DNA from: Bacteroidia bacterium
GTDB taxonomy: Bacteria; Bacteroidota; Bacteroidia; NS11-12g; UBA9320
Length of the DNA stretch: 64,000 nucleotides
Reading direction: 5' to 3'
Assembly (NCBI GenBank): GCA_020053795.1
Contig: JAGVMN010000006.1
Location: forward strand, 1,192-65,191
The notes under the pieces were generated by a model. The model ran no database searches. It had not been told where the DNA came from and saw nothing but the letters and a program-made list of their open reading frames with translations. The position numbers and the translations under genes are program-made. Below, one piece after another: positions 1 through 10,296 of this stretch; position 1 is the stretch's first letter, and each line of letters opens with the position of its first letter.

Positions 1-2
1 TC

Positions 3-2873
3 GTTATTGGAAATTTCACAGGATCAATTACTATTGGTTCGACGACATTAAATAGTAATGGCGGTATCGATAGTTACCTTGCTGTTTTTTCCAAGAATAC
101 ACCTCCTTATGCTTTGTTGTGGATACAACACATCGGAGGATCAGGTGATGATATTTTGTACGATTTTACAACTGAAGCTTGGGGTACTCCATCTTCGTAT
201 TCTCCGCGTATCAATTTATGTGGATCTTTTGAAAATAATTTATCAGTTTGGTCTGTTTTAAAAACTATTCATTTCGTTTCAATGGGAGGTAAGGACGGAC
301 TAATTCTGTCTTTTGACCTTCAATTGGGAGGCATAGTAGATGGTACCAGTGTTGGTGGCAGTGGGAATGATGAACTTCTTGCGATTGAACAAGAAAATAC
401 ATTGTTGTACGTACTGGGTACCCCCAAAGCAATAACTTGTGTTGGTTATTTTGAAAATACCATCTTAATTAATGGTTTTCCTTTGGCCAGTGTTGGTCAA
501 AAAGATATCTTGGTTATTACATACGTGTTAGGTGCACTTAGTACGCCTGGTGCAACTTTCACCTTACTTGAGTTTTCCGGTTTCGGGGGAAGTTTGGATG
601 ATGTAGCTACAGCAATTACATATCTTGATGGACAACTTTTTATCCCATCTAATAGTTCGACTTATTGTGTCGCAGGTTATTTTGAAAGCTCTCTTTTGAC
701 AATTGGATCAGTTCAACTTACCAACCAATCGCTGAAAGATGTTTTTCTTTTTACCTATAATTTAAGCCCTAACCCAGGGATTGTTGCAGATGTTAAGTCC
801 TTTGGTGGGACTGGTAATGAAAATGTTTTCGACATTTGTATTGGGAATAAAAATGGCAACATTTTCAGTGACGTCAGTGTATATGGAATAGGATTTACAG
901 AGAGTAATTTACTTACTGACGAAGTTGGTAATTTATATTCTATTGGTAACAACGGATTCGAAGATATCTTATGGTTTAAATTTGATATTTCCGCCGGAAC
1001 ACTTGGACATCAAATTTCCAATGTATTTATCAAAAGTTATGGAGGAAACGGTCACGATTTTGGATATGGATTAAGTAGTTTTAATCGTTCTGATAATCAT
1101 TTAAAATGGTCATCAGGGGCTTTCGGATCAATTTACATGATTCCTGTTAATAAATTACCGGTCATTTATGGAAGTGGTAGTTTTGAAAATTCAATGTCAT
1201 TATCCTCGATAAGCTTAAGCAGTTCAAATGCTGAGGATGCTTTTTGGTTTGGTTATGACCCAGCAATAAACGATTTTACATGTGCTTATTCAGTTGGTGG
1301 CAGTGGTTATAATGACGGAACTTCCATAGTATGGGACAACAGTTCAGGTAACGCTTATCTTACTGGAAATTTCCCTAATAACATCAACATTGGAAGTCAA
1401 TCATATTCTTCTTATGGTCAAACGGATTGCTATATTGCCAAAGTTGGGTGTTGTGAACTTCCTGACGGCTTCTTAAACGGCAAATCCCATGGTGATAATG
1501 GCTTTGATGGAATAACTGATATCTGTATAGACAATGCCGGGAATATATTTGCTACAGGTCAGTTTAGTTCATCAATTGTATTCTATAACTCAAGCGGAAA
1601 TGTTACGCTAACGGGGACCACTGGAGGTTTTGACGGATTCATTGCTAAGTTCAACAGCAATTACGAATGTATATGGGCTACAAGTTTTAGTTCGGCTTCG
1701 TCCGGTAGTGTAGTTAGTCCCCAAGGGATTGCTATTGATATTAATGGTAATATAGTAATCACTGGTTTTTACACCGGAAGTATTACTATTAATGCAACGA
1801 CTTATATAAGCAGCAATAGTTCAGGCGTTTATTTTGAAAACATTTTCACTTTAAGTTATAGCCCAACATTTGCTTCGGTTTCATGGGTAAATATTTTTAG
1901 TGGCTTAGAAAACGATCGAAGTTTAGCTGTTTCAATTGATCCAAGTAATAATATTATATATATTGCCGGGTGGTTTAAAGGTTCGCTTACCGTCGGAGGG
2001 ACTACATATAATAGTGCTGGCAAGAATGACCTTTTCTACGCGAAAATCAGTTCGTCTGGAACTCTTGCCTGGATTTACACCGCGGGCAGTGCTGAATACG
2101 ATGCTATCCATGGGCTTACGATCAATCAAACTACCAATAAACTTTATCTCACAGGTAGTATAAATTTTATTGGATCAAATTTTACTTATGCGGCAACAAG
2201 CCTTAACCAACTTTCTTGGAGTAATGGTGAAGAATTGTTCATTGCTTGCCATAACCTATTAACTGGGGCACTTGTTTGGATCAAAAGAGGAGGGGGTTCT
2301 TTGGGGACATCATTGAATTCTTTGGGCGTTGCAGTTGATAATTCTGGTAACTCATATATTACTGGTTATATTACAAGTCAGTGTTGTTCTCCTATATTTC
2401 AATTTGAAGGATCAAGCATCACTCACAATATTTTTGGAGCTAACTTATTTTATGCAAAATTTAATGTATCAGGTAACAATGACTTTGCTGTAATTGACGG
2501 AACGTCATATAACGGTATGACAAGGGGAGAAGGAATCTCAGTTAAGGATAATCGAATTAGTATTGTTGGCACATTTCAGGCGAGCAGTATTTCTCTCGGT
2601 GGAATTACACTTAACCGAAATGGGACAACGTTGAATGATGATTTATTCTTAATAAATGCATCTGCCAATTCTGGTTCAATAAAATGTGCATTAAGTGGCG
2701 GAGGTGCTGGTAATGATTTTTCTAAAGCAATTGAAGTTGATAATTTGGATAAAGTTATTGTTGGTGGGTCTTTTGAAAATTCCGCATCGTTTGGTTTAAT
2801 TAATTTGAATAGTTCTGGATTTCCCCCATCGGATGACGCCTTCCTGCTGGATTTATACTGTTGTGGTGATTGA
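3..2873 (+). CDS. SBBP/beta-propeller-repeat cell-surface protein; 5' end lies beyond the left window edge
   Basis: The track starts this ORF at 114, but the same frame is open from nt 3 (VIGNFTGSITIGSTTLNSNGGIDSYLAVFS...) with no stop, so the gene enters from the left. It has recurrent ~50-aa GG.G.D.g..i..D..GN.Y.tG.F motifs typical of SBBP beta-propeller repeats. I saw no recognisable T9SS tail at the C-terminus (..LDLYCCGD). Confidence 0.7.
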   Translation, partial: VIGNFTGSITIGSTTLNSNGGIDSYLAVFSKNTPPYALLWIQHIGGSGDDILYDFTTEAWGTPSSYSPRINLCGSFENNLSVWSVLKTIHFVSMGGKDGLILSFDLQLGGIVDGTSVGGSGNDELLAIEQENTLLYVLGTPKAITCVGYFENTILINGFPLASVGQKDILVITYVLGALSTPGATFTLLEFSGFGGSLDDVATAITYLDGQLFIPSNSSTYCVAGYFESSLLTIGSVQLTNQSLKDVFLFTYNLSPNPGIVADVKSFGGTGNENVFDICIGNKNGNIFSDVSVYGIGFTESNLLTDEVGNLYSIGNNGFEDILWFKFDISAGTLGHQISNVFIKSYGGNGHDFGYGLSSFNRSDNHLKWSSGAFGSIYMIPVNKLPVIYGSGSFENSMSLSSISLSSSNAEDAFWFGYDPAINDFTCAYSVGGSGYNDGTSIVWDNSSGNAYLTGNFPNNINIGSQSYSSYGQTDCYIAKVGCCELPDGFLNGKSHGDNGFDGITDICIDNAGNIFATGQFSSSIVFYNSSGNVTLTGTTGGFDGFIAKFNSNYECIWATSFSSASSGSVVSPQGIAIDINGNIVITGFYTGSITINATTYISSNSSGVYFENIFTLSYSPTFASVSWVNIFSGLENDRSLAVSIDPSNNIIYIAGWFKGSLTVGGTTYNSAGKNDLFYAKISSSGTLAWIYTAGSAEYDAIHGLTINQTTNKLYLTGSINFIGSNFTYAATSLNQLSWSNGEELFIACHNLLTGALVWIKRGGGSLGTSLNSLGVAVDNSGNSYITGYITSQCCSPIFQFEGSSITHNIFGANLFYAKFNVSGNNDFAVIDGTSYNGMTRGEGISVKDNRISIVGTFQASSISLGGITLNRNGTTLNDDLFLINASANSGSIKCALSGGGAGNDFSKAIEVDNLDKVIVGGSFENSASFGLINLNSSGFPPSDDAFLLDLYCCGD

Positions 2874-3051
2874 CGATGTGATATTTTTCTTTATAGCATT
2901 TATTTTCTTTACAAAGTAAACTTCCAAGCAAATTATTGTTTTGCTCTAAAATATGGATTATGATTAACCCACTGACAAAATTTGACAATAAAAGTCGAAA
3001 AGAAAAGTGGCTGTATGCAATGTATTTTATTAATTTGCATCTTTAAATTTT

Positions 3052-6000
3052 ATGAAAGCAAGTAGCATGTTTTTACTGACCCTTTTTGCTCTGTGTATGT
3101 TTATTTTTAGCAAGGAAGCTGAGGCTAAAAAACCACCGAAACACGTAAAAAAGACCCCAATTGCTATTGAAGCTGCCCAAGCCAACCTGAACAAGGCTCT
3201 TTCAGGGGAGAGTTTTGTTTTCAGGCAAAACTCCGGGCAATGGGAGCAACCTGTTTTGTTTCGCACGTTTCAAGGTAATCACAATGTGTCATTTCTCATC
3301 GATCGGGTTTCTTTTGGCGTTAAAAAAATGAAGTCGGCCGATGAACCTTTGCCCCAAGAACCCGGAAAAGCTGTGCCCGTTCTTTATAATGTTTGGGAGA
3401 TTCAATTCTTAAACACACAAAAAAATTCAAGCCTCTCCGGAACAGAACTAATCCAAAGCAATGTCACCTACTTCGGGCCAAACAATGCGTCGGGAAACCA
3501 TGTAGCCGAATATAATGGTTTGGTTTATCATGAAATTTATAAAGGTATTAGTGCCAAATTTTATACGGCAACTACCGGTTCTTTGAAATACGATTTTTTG
3601 GTGGCCCCCCATGCATCTCCCGGAAATATAGCTTTGAGATATAACGGAGTTCAACAGGTAAAGGTCAATGTTTTTGGACAGTTAGAAATTCAAACCTCAG
3701 AAGGGATTTTCAAAGAAGACAAGCCTGTTGCCTGGCAAATCATCAATGGGATTAAGCATTTTGTAAAAGCTGCTTTCAAAATTAATGCAGATGGGTCCGT
3801 TGGTTTTGACCTGGGCAAATACAACCCTGATTGCGAATTGGTGATAGACCCCGTTTATGTGGATTGGAGTTCTTACTTTTATGGCAAACCCAACATCAAT
3901 TCTTTTGCTTTTACTTGGATTTTGGATATAGATATCGACTTTTCTGATCAAGTTTATATCACAGGGTCAACAACAGAGTATTTCCCTTTCAAACCGGGAG
4001 CCTATGATACAACTTTGGTTAACTACGATGCCTTTATCGCCAAAATGACAGCCGACGGAGACAGTATCTTTTACTTCAGCTATTTGGGCGGAAGCTCCTG
4101 GGAATATGGCCTGTCATTGGCAGTTAACAATCAAAACCAACCTGTTATTTCTGGTCTAACGTGGTCAAACGATTTCCCGGTAACCAAAGGGGCATATGAT
4201 ACGTCACAAAAAAGTTGTACAGGTACCTGGTGCCTCAAGAGTTTTGTTACCAAATTTAATTCGACGGGAACCAGCCTTGTTTTCTCTACCTATCTTGGCG
4301 GTAAGTCTGGTTCAGGTTTTTGGAATTTAGACTGGATTCGAGGCATGATTTTGAATTCAAACGGCGATATTTATATTGTAGGCAATACAACGAGCTATGA
4401 TTACCCGGTGACTACGGGTTGTTTTCAAAAAGATTATAATGGCGGAGCTCAAATCGGTAACGATTGGGCTTCACAGGGCGATGGCTTTCTCACAAAAATG
4501 AGAGCAGATGGAACGGGCTTGGTGTTTTCTACCTTTATAGGCGGCACTAATGGCGATGTTTGTCAGGATGTTTTTCTCACCGCTTCTGAGGAAGTTTATG
4601 TAGTTGGATATACCGCATCTACAAATTTTCCTTTAACCGCCGGAGCTCCTATTTTTAATACTTATCTGAAAGGTAAATCAGATGCTTTCTTTATGAAATT
4701 CAAGGCCAATGGCAATCAAATGTTGTATTCCCACTTGATGGGTGGCTCAGGCGAAGATGTGTTCGAAGGGATGTATGTTAATGATAAAGACGAACCATTC
4801 GTGGCTGGATACAGCAACTCTTCTGATTTTCCAACTTCAAAAAATGCATATCAAAAAAGCAATGCCGGTGGTTATGACTTTGTTGTAGTAAAAATGCCAT
4901 CATCCGGAACCAATGTTTACTATTCAACTTATCTGGGTGGCAGTGCGAATGAATACTTGTTCAGCTATCCTTTTTTCAGCACAATCAAAATTGCCGCTAA
5001 TGTTAGGGAAGAAGCTATCATTTGTGGTATCTCACGCTCGAAAAATTACCCCATCACTACAGATGCCTTGCAATCCACGAATAAGTCTTCAATAAATTAT
5101 GGCACTTTGACTATGGCTAAAATATCTATGGCCGGCGATAAATTGTTATATGGAACCTACTATGGCGGAAGTTATCTCGAATATCCCGGCGGGATTAAAG
5201 TTCGAAGGACAGGCTGTGTTACCAATATTATTTTCGGTGGTTTAACATACAGCAAGGACTATCCAACCACCAAGGGTGCATATAAAGATTCAGCGAGATA
5301 TGTCAGCAGTGGTTGGACATATTCAGGGTTTGTCTCAAAATTCAGGGATACACTGCAGGTAGATTTGATCGCTCTTTCTTTGGAAGATACTATTATTGAA
5401 TGTGATAATGTTTTTGAAATTCTTGATGCCAGCAATCAAGGAGCCAACTTTCTTTGGTCACATGGTCCAAAAACCCGGTTCGTCATTCTGGAAGATACCG
5501 GCACTTACTGGGTTCAGGCTACTTATGGATGCGATACAGTTCGCGATACCATTTCACTTAAACTTGAGTATAGCCCCAAGGTGCCGGTTTTCGCCGGCGA
5601 CACACTATTCTGTGACCAGTTTCTTGGTATGTGGATAGATGCCAAAAACGACAGTATTTTACGAAAATATTTATGGAATACCAACGAAACCAGACAAAGA
5701 ATTTTTGTATCCGATACCGGCTTTTACAAAGTCCAGATTGCTACTCCCCATTGCGGAACAGCGGAAGACTCTATTCTCATAAAGCTATTGAACACACCGG
5801 TTGTGAAGCTTCCTGATGACACTTTGTTTTGCGATTCTGTTTATATTATTCTTAATGGGCAAAACTTAAAACAAGAGTCTCATTATTTGTGGTCAACCGG
5901 AGATACTGTTGAAATGATTATGGTTAACAAGCCCGGGCTTGTTTCCCTGACTGTTTCAAACAGTTGTGGTTCTGATTCCGACCAGGTTCTTTTTGAAAGA

Positions 6001-7374
6001 AATTTTGCTCCCACGGTCAAATTGCCGAATGACACCACATACTGTGGCAATTATAGTTTTACGTTGAAGGTTGGAAAACCGGACAATGATGAAACCTACA
6101 ATTGGACCGACCCGATAAATAAAACCAGCCTTTCAACTGCAGATTCATTTGATATTTTCAACCTCAACGGTGCAGTTGCCATTCAAATTGCTAATCAGTG
6201 CGGGACAGTTGGCGATTCTCTTTACCTGACCAACCTTAATCTGCCGGTCAAAGACTTAATTGACACCATTTTTCAGTGCTCGGTTGTTAATGCGTCCGTC
6301 CAAACAGGGAACCCCCTGAATAAAGAAATTTATATTTGGTCTAATGGTTCTGTTACACCAAAAACAACTTTAGTAACCCCCGGCATCCATTGGGTTAAAA
6401 TTGACAATTATTGTGGATCAGTTTCTGATTCGGTTCTTGTCATTTTAAAACAAGTTCCAACTATAGAGTTAGGAAATGATACGATTTTTTGTACAGCCGT
6501 CAATTGGTCAAAGAATGCCGACATAAATGATAATGAAGCCAATTATTTATGGAATACCGGTTCTAAAAATCAACAGATTAATATCAACTTACCCGGAACC
6601 TATAAAGTATTGGTGATCAATCGTTGCGGGGTATTTGAGGATAGTGTCAACGTTCAATTGATTCAAAATCCTGTTGTTGACCTCGGGCCTGAAGTTGTTT
6701 ATTGTGCGGTTGCTGAACCTACAACATTCGCTGTTGGAAAAGCCGGAAATCTGGAAAGCTATTCATGGAGTACGGGAGAAACTACCCCAAGTATTACCAC
6801 CAATCTGCCGGGAATGTTGAAAGTAAAAATCAACAACCGGTGTTTGACAGTTGAAGATTCTGTTATGATAAGAGTATCGCCAAACCCGATAGTTGATCTG
6901 GGTCCTGATACAATTCTGTGTGGAAATTTCAGGGTTTTACTTGATGCTGGGAATGCGGGAATGGAATATATTTGGGAGCCTCAGGGCCAGAACACACAAA
7001 CGATTCAGGCCACAGTGCAAACAATGTATAAAGTCACGGTTAAAAATGCCGATGGTTGCGTTGGTTCTGACGATTATAAGATTGGTGATAATTGCATAAG
7101 CCGCTATTATGTTCCAAACGCTTTTACCCCCGATGGGAATTACAAAAATGAGACTTTCGGACCTATACTCGAAAATTTCGAGAACTACAATATGATCATA
7201 TTCAACCGCTGGGGTGAAAGAATTTTCGAAACTACCGATTACACCAGACGATGGGACGGAACCTATATGGGAAAAGCGTGCGTGGCCGGGAACTATTTCT
7301 ACATTATCAATATTGTTACAACTGAAGAATTGGTTCATCGGCAGTTAAAAGGAACTATTACCTTATTGAGGTAA
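3052..7374 (+). CDS. giant adhesin: SBBP repeats + ~10 Ig-like modules + gliding-motility/CHU_C (T9SS type B) C-terminal sorting domain
   Basis: Signal peptide MKASSMFLLTLFALCMFIFSKEAEA. SBBP-like repeats cover aa ~290-770. Tandem ~80-aa modules follow, with the pattern DT.FC....Y.W(S/N)TG....I.V..PG.Y.V...N.CG...DS. The C-terminus YVPNAFTPDGNYKNETF...FNRWGERIFET...WDGTY matches the type B sorting domain. Confidence 0.85.
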   Translation: MKASSMFLLTLFALCMFIFSKEAEAKKPPKHVKKTPIAIEAAQANLNKALSGESFVFRQNSGQWEQPVLFRTFQGNHNVSFLIDRVSFGVKKMKSADEPLPQEPGKAVPVLYNVWEIQFLNTQKNSSLSGTELIQSNVTYFGPNNASGNHVAEYNGLVYHEIYKGISAKFYTATTGSLKYDFLVAPHASPGNIALRYNGVQQVKVNVFGQLEIQTSEGIFKEDKPVAWQIINGIKHFVKAAFKINADGSVGFDLGKYNPDCELVIDPVYVDWSSYFYGKPNINSFAFTWILDIDIDFSDQVYITGSTTEYFPFKPGAYDTTLVNYDAFIAKMTADGDSIFYFSYLGGSSWEYGLSLAVNNQNQPVISGLTWSNDFPVTKGAYDTSQKSCTGTWCLKSFVTKFNSTGTSLVFSTYLGGKSGSGFWNLDWIRGMILNSNGDIYIVGNTTSYDYPVTTGCFQKDYNGGAQIGNDWASQGDGFLTKMRADGTGLVFSTFIGGTNGDVCQDVFLTASEEVYVVGYTASTNFPLTAGAPIFNTYLKGKSDAFFMKFKANGNQMLYSHLMGGSGEDVFEGMYVNDKDEPFVAGYSNSSDFPTSKNAYQKSNAGGYDFVVVKMPSSGTNVYYSTYLGGSANEYLFSYPFFSTIKIAANVREEAIICGISRSKNYPITTDALQSTNKSSINYGTLTMAKISMAGDKLLYGTYYGGSYLEYPGGIKVRRTGCVTNIIFGGLTYSKDYPTTKGAYKDSARYVSSGWTYSGFVSKFRDTLQVDLIALSLEDTIIECDNVFEILDASNQGANFLWSHGPKTRFVILEDTGTYWVQATYGCDTVRDTISLKLEYSPKVPVFAGDTLFCDQFLGMWIDAKNDSILRKYLWNTNETRQRIFVSDTGFYKVQIATPHCGTAEDSILIKLLNTPVVKLPDDTLFCDSVYIILNGQNLKQESHYLWSTGDTVEMIMVNKPGLVSLTVSNSCGSDSDQVLFERNFAPTVKLPNDTTYCGNYSFTLKVGKPDNDETYNWTDPINKTSLSTADSFDIFNLNGAVAIQIANQCGTVGDSLYLTNLNLPVKDLIDTIFQCSVVNASVQTGNPLNKEIYIWSNGSVTPKTTLVTPGIHWVKIDNYCGSVSDSVLVILKQVPTIELGNDTIFCTAVNWSKNADINDNEANYLWNTGSKNQQININLPGTYKVLVINRCGVFEDSVNVQLIQNPVVDLGPEVVYCAVAEPTTFAVGKAGNLESYSWSTGETTPSITTNLPGMLKVKINNRCLTVEDSVMIRVSPNPIVDLGPDTILCGNFRVLLDAGNAGMEYIWEPQGQNTQTIQATVQTMYKVTVKNADGCVGSDDYKIGDNCISRYYVPNAFTPDGNYKNETFGPILENFENYNMIIFNRWGERIFETTDYTRRWDGTYMGKACVAGNYFYIINIVTTEELVHRQLKGTITLLR

Positions 7375-7450
7375 CAGTAACACAATTATACAGGTAGCCC
7401 CTGTCCTAACAAATTTCTTGTCGTCGTGTTAAATTCCTGACAAACCAGAA

Positions 7451-7858
7451 TTACTGATCTTTTAGGAAAAACCGAATAATATCGGCGGTAGAAACCATTC
7501 CTTTCAAAACATTGTTATCCGCAATGGCAATCGCATGAATCTCCCCCTTGCCCAGTTCCTCGGCAATTTCTCTGATGGTCGTTTGTGAAGGTTTTGACAA
7601 CGGATGTTCTGTCATGATATCCCGAACAAAACGTTCATGGTAAACTTTGTCACCATCATCCAAACCCGCATCCTTAATGGCGTGTATGAAATCTATCAGA
7701 CTTATCATTCCAATGAGGTTTCCATTGTCTATTACAGGTATGTGATGATGAAAATTCTTTTTCTCAAAAATATGCTTCACATCAATTAGTTTCTGCAAAG
7801 GGCCTACTGAAGTAATAGCTTTGGTCATGATAGCAGATACAGGTTTGTTCAGGCTCAT
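7451..7858 (-). CDS. CBS domain pair protein
   Basis: 135 aa with two CBS-like halves (IMTKAITSVGP...IPVIDNGNLIGMISLIDFIHA and IMTEHPLSKP...IAIADNNVLKGMVSTADIIRF). Confidence 0.75.
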   Translation of the reverse strand: MSLNKPVSAIMTKAITSVGPLQKLIDVKHIFEKKNFHHHIPVIDNGNLIGMISLIDFIHAIKDAGLDDGDKVYHERFVRDIMTEHPLSKPSQTTIREIAEELGKGEIHAIAIADNNVLKGMVSTADIIRFFLKDQ

Positions 7859-7997
7859 TTTGTAGTTCTATTTTTTATCAAAATTAGGTGTGAATGACAC
7901 GATCGCTGATGATGAATGTCAAGTTGAGCATTGACTTACATCATGATTGCCAGCCTGAATCTGTACTTAATTTGTAACATGGGTAAAATTATATAAT

Positions 7998-8375
7998 ATG
8001 AAAGCTAAAACATTGATTGAACTACTAACATTATCTTCAAATCTTTACATTATTGCGAAAGACAATGATTTATTAAGTCATTTAGGAAGTGTGGCCGAAA
8101 AAGGAAAAAATAAGCTGAATGATTTTGTGGAAGACCTGTCCGAAGGGGAAGATGACAAACAGCTAATCCGGAAATTTATGGACAAAGCCCATCAGGCAAA
8201 GGAAGAACTAGAGAAAAGGATGGAAGAAGTGGCTGTCGCCATTTATCGCAAAATGCGTATTGCACACAGCAATGAACTGGAAGAGCTAAAATCTCAAATA
8301 GATGACCTGAATAAAAGGATTGCCATAGCCACTGCCCGGATTCAATCCTTAGAAACAAAAACAATCAAAACCTGA
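7998..8375 (+). CDS. small charged coiled-coil protein (phasin-like), function unknown
   Basis: 125 aa, rich in E/K heptads. The stop lies 2 nt before the UbiB-family gene start, suggesting co-transcription. Confidence 0.5.
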   Translation: MKAKTLIELLTLSSNLYIIAKDNDLLSHLGSVAEKGKNKLNDFVEDLSEGEDDKQLIRKFMDKAHQAKEELEKRMEEVAVAIYRKMRIAHSNELEELKSQIDDLNKRIAIATARIQSLETKTIKT

Positions 8376-8377
8376 TC

Positions 8378-10099
8378 ATGGGGCTATTCGCCTATCTCGA
8401 TGTCAAATATCACTATCTGAGACGTTACAATCAGATCATTAGCGTATTGTTTAAATACGGTTTCGAAGATCTTGTTGCCTATCTCGAAGAGAATAAAAGA
8501 TTTCGGTTCATTAAAAAGTTTATTCCAAAGGAACGCTACGAACACGCCCTTAAATTGACAAAGTGGGAGAAAATGAGATTGGTTTGTGAAGAACTGGGCC
8601 CCACATTTGTAAAGTTCGGACAAATACTGAGCAATCGTCCCGACCTGCTTCCTGCCGATTTAATAAAAGAACTGGAAAAACTGCAGGACAGCGTTCCTCC
8701 GATCGGCGGGCCTATTGCCTCTGCTGTCGTAGAAGCAGAATTAAAATCAAAAACATATGAATTGTTTGCATGGTTTGACCCGATTGCTTTTGCATCGGCA
8801 TCAATTGCACAGGTGCACCGTGCTACCCTGAAAACCGGAGAACAGGTAGTCTTAAAAATTCAAAGACCGGGAATAAAGGAGGTGATTGATTCTGACATAA
8901 AGGTAATGATTTACATTGCAGGTATATTCAACACCCGAATTCCTTCCCTGAAGAGTTTTGATCCCGTCGGACTTGTTAGAAATTTTGAAGAAAGTATTAA
9001 GAAGGAACTGGACTTTATTAATGAATCTATCAACGTCCAAAGGTTTCACAACAATTTTGCTGAAGACCAATCCGACAAGGGTTACATCCACTCTCCATTA
9101 GTTTATAAGGAATTCACAACGGCAAAGGTGCTGACCCTTGAGTTCATTGACGGGATTAAAATTTCCGATCAGTTGAAGCTGACCGAAATGGGACATGACC
9201 GAAAAGTCATTGCCAGAAGGCTGGCCACTTCGTATTTTAAACAGGTTTTTAATTATGGTTTTTTTCATGCCGATCCGCATCCCGGCAATCTATTTATTCT
9301 GCCCGGCAATGTGGTGTGCTTTCTCGACTATGGGATGATGGGCAGCATACTCAGAAAAGACCTGGAACAATTCGGCTATCTTTTTTTAGCTGTCAATGCC
9401 ATGGACGTAAGAAAAATCATCCGTGCCCTGCAGATGTTGTCTGATAATCCTGTAATTAAGAATTTTCGGGCACTTGAAACGGACCTGTATGAATTTGTTC
9501 AGATTAATTCCATAGAGAAAATTCATCAAAATGAATTGAGTACCGTCATGCTGCGTTTGAAAGATATCATCATTAAACACGGGTTGAAAGTACCAACGCA
9601 TTTCTATTTGCTTGCCCGCTCACTTGTTACCGTTGAAGGGGTGATTGCCAATCTTGATCCGGAACTTGAATTGTCAAAAATGGCAAGACCCTATTTAATA
9701 AGAACGATAGCGAAGCACTATGATCCGGTAAAATTTGCCAAAAGGGTGATCAACTCCGTTTATGAAATGGGCATGTATATGGAAGAGTTCCCAAGAGACC
9801 TCAAAAATGCCATTCGAAAAATCAATACCGGTGAAATTAAAGTTGACCTGAATCACCAGGGCATTGAACCTATGATTCATACGGTTAACAGAGTAAGTCG
9901 TCAGATTATTTCCGGTTTGATTTTATCGGCCTTAATTGTCAGTTCCACCTTGATGATCATAAATAAAATCCCGCCGTTGTGGGGCAAATCATCTGCTCCG
10001 GGTATCATCGGTTTTATTATTGCCGGGATTATTACTTTTGGCATGCTGAAAGATATTAGAAAAGGAGATTACGACAATTGGTCGGGATGGGATCATTGA
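8378..10099 (+). CDS. ABC1/UbiB-family atypical protein kinase
   Basis: 573 aa with the ABC1 motifs FDPIAFASASIAQVHRA and FFHADPHPGNLF, plus two C-terminal TM helices, as in the UbiB/AarF family. Confidence 0.85.
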   Translation: MGLFAYLDVKYHYLRRYNQIISVLFKYGFEDLVAYLEENKRFRFIKKFIPKERYEHALKLTKWEKMRLVCEELGPTFVKFGQILSNRPDLLPADLIKELEKLQDSVPPIGGPIASAVVEAELKSKTYELFAWFDPIAFASASIAQVHRATLKTGEQVVLKIQRPGIKEVIDSDIKVMIYIAGIFNTRIPSLKSFDPVGLVRNFEESIKKELDFINESINVQRFHNNFAEDQSDKGYIHSPLVYKEFTTAKVLTLEFIDGIKISDQLKLTEMGHDRKVIARRLATSYFKQVFNYGFFHADPHPGNLFILPGNVVCFLDYGMMGSILRKDLEQFGYLFLAVNAMDVRKIIRALQMLSDNPVIKNFRALETDLYEFVQINSIEKIHQNELSTVMLRLKDIIIKHGLKVPTHFYLLARSLVTVEGVIANLDPELELSKMARPYLIRTIAKHYDPVKFAKRVINSVYEMGMYMEEFPRDLKNAIRKINTGEIKVDLNHQGIEPMIHTVNRVSRQIISGLILSALIVSSTLMIINKIPPLWGKSSAPGIIGFIIAGIITFGMLKDIRKGDYDNWSGWDH

Positions 10100-10296
10100 G
10101 CAAAGTACCCTTTGGAGATATTTTCAAGGCTAATCTTTTGCTATGAGAGCTATATTCTTGCTTATTGATCAGGCGTTTCACTATCCCATAAAATCAGGAT
10201 TCTACACTTAACTGCATCCATTTCCTATTTAGTCGGCGATAAAAAAGTAGTCGGATTGAGACAGGGCAGGTACTTTGAGAATGAGTTCAAGCCGTT

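Noticed and set aside
5350-7100. Periodic ~240-nt pattern in the adhesin gene (similarly in 44469..48086) that could be mistaken for a DNA repeat array or CRISPR
   Set aside because: The periodicity is at the protein-domain level (diverged Ig-like modules). The nucleotide copies are not conserved and there are no short identical repeats with unique spacers. No CRISPR array was seen anywhere in the window.
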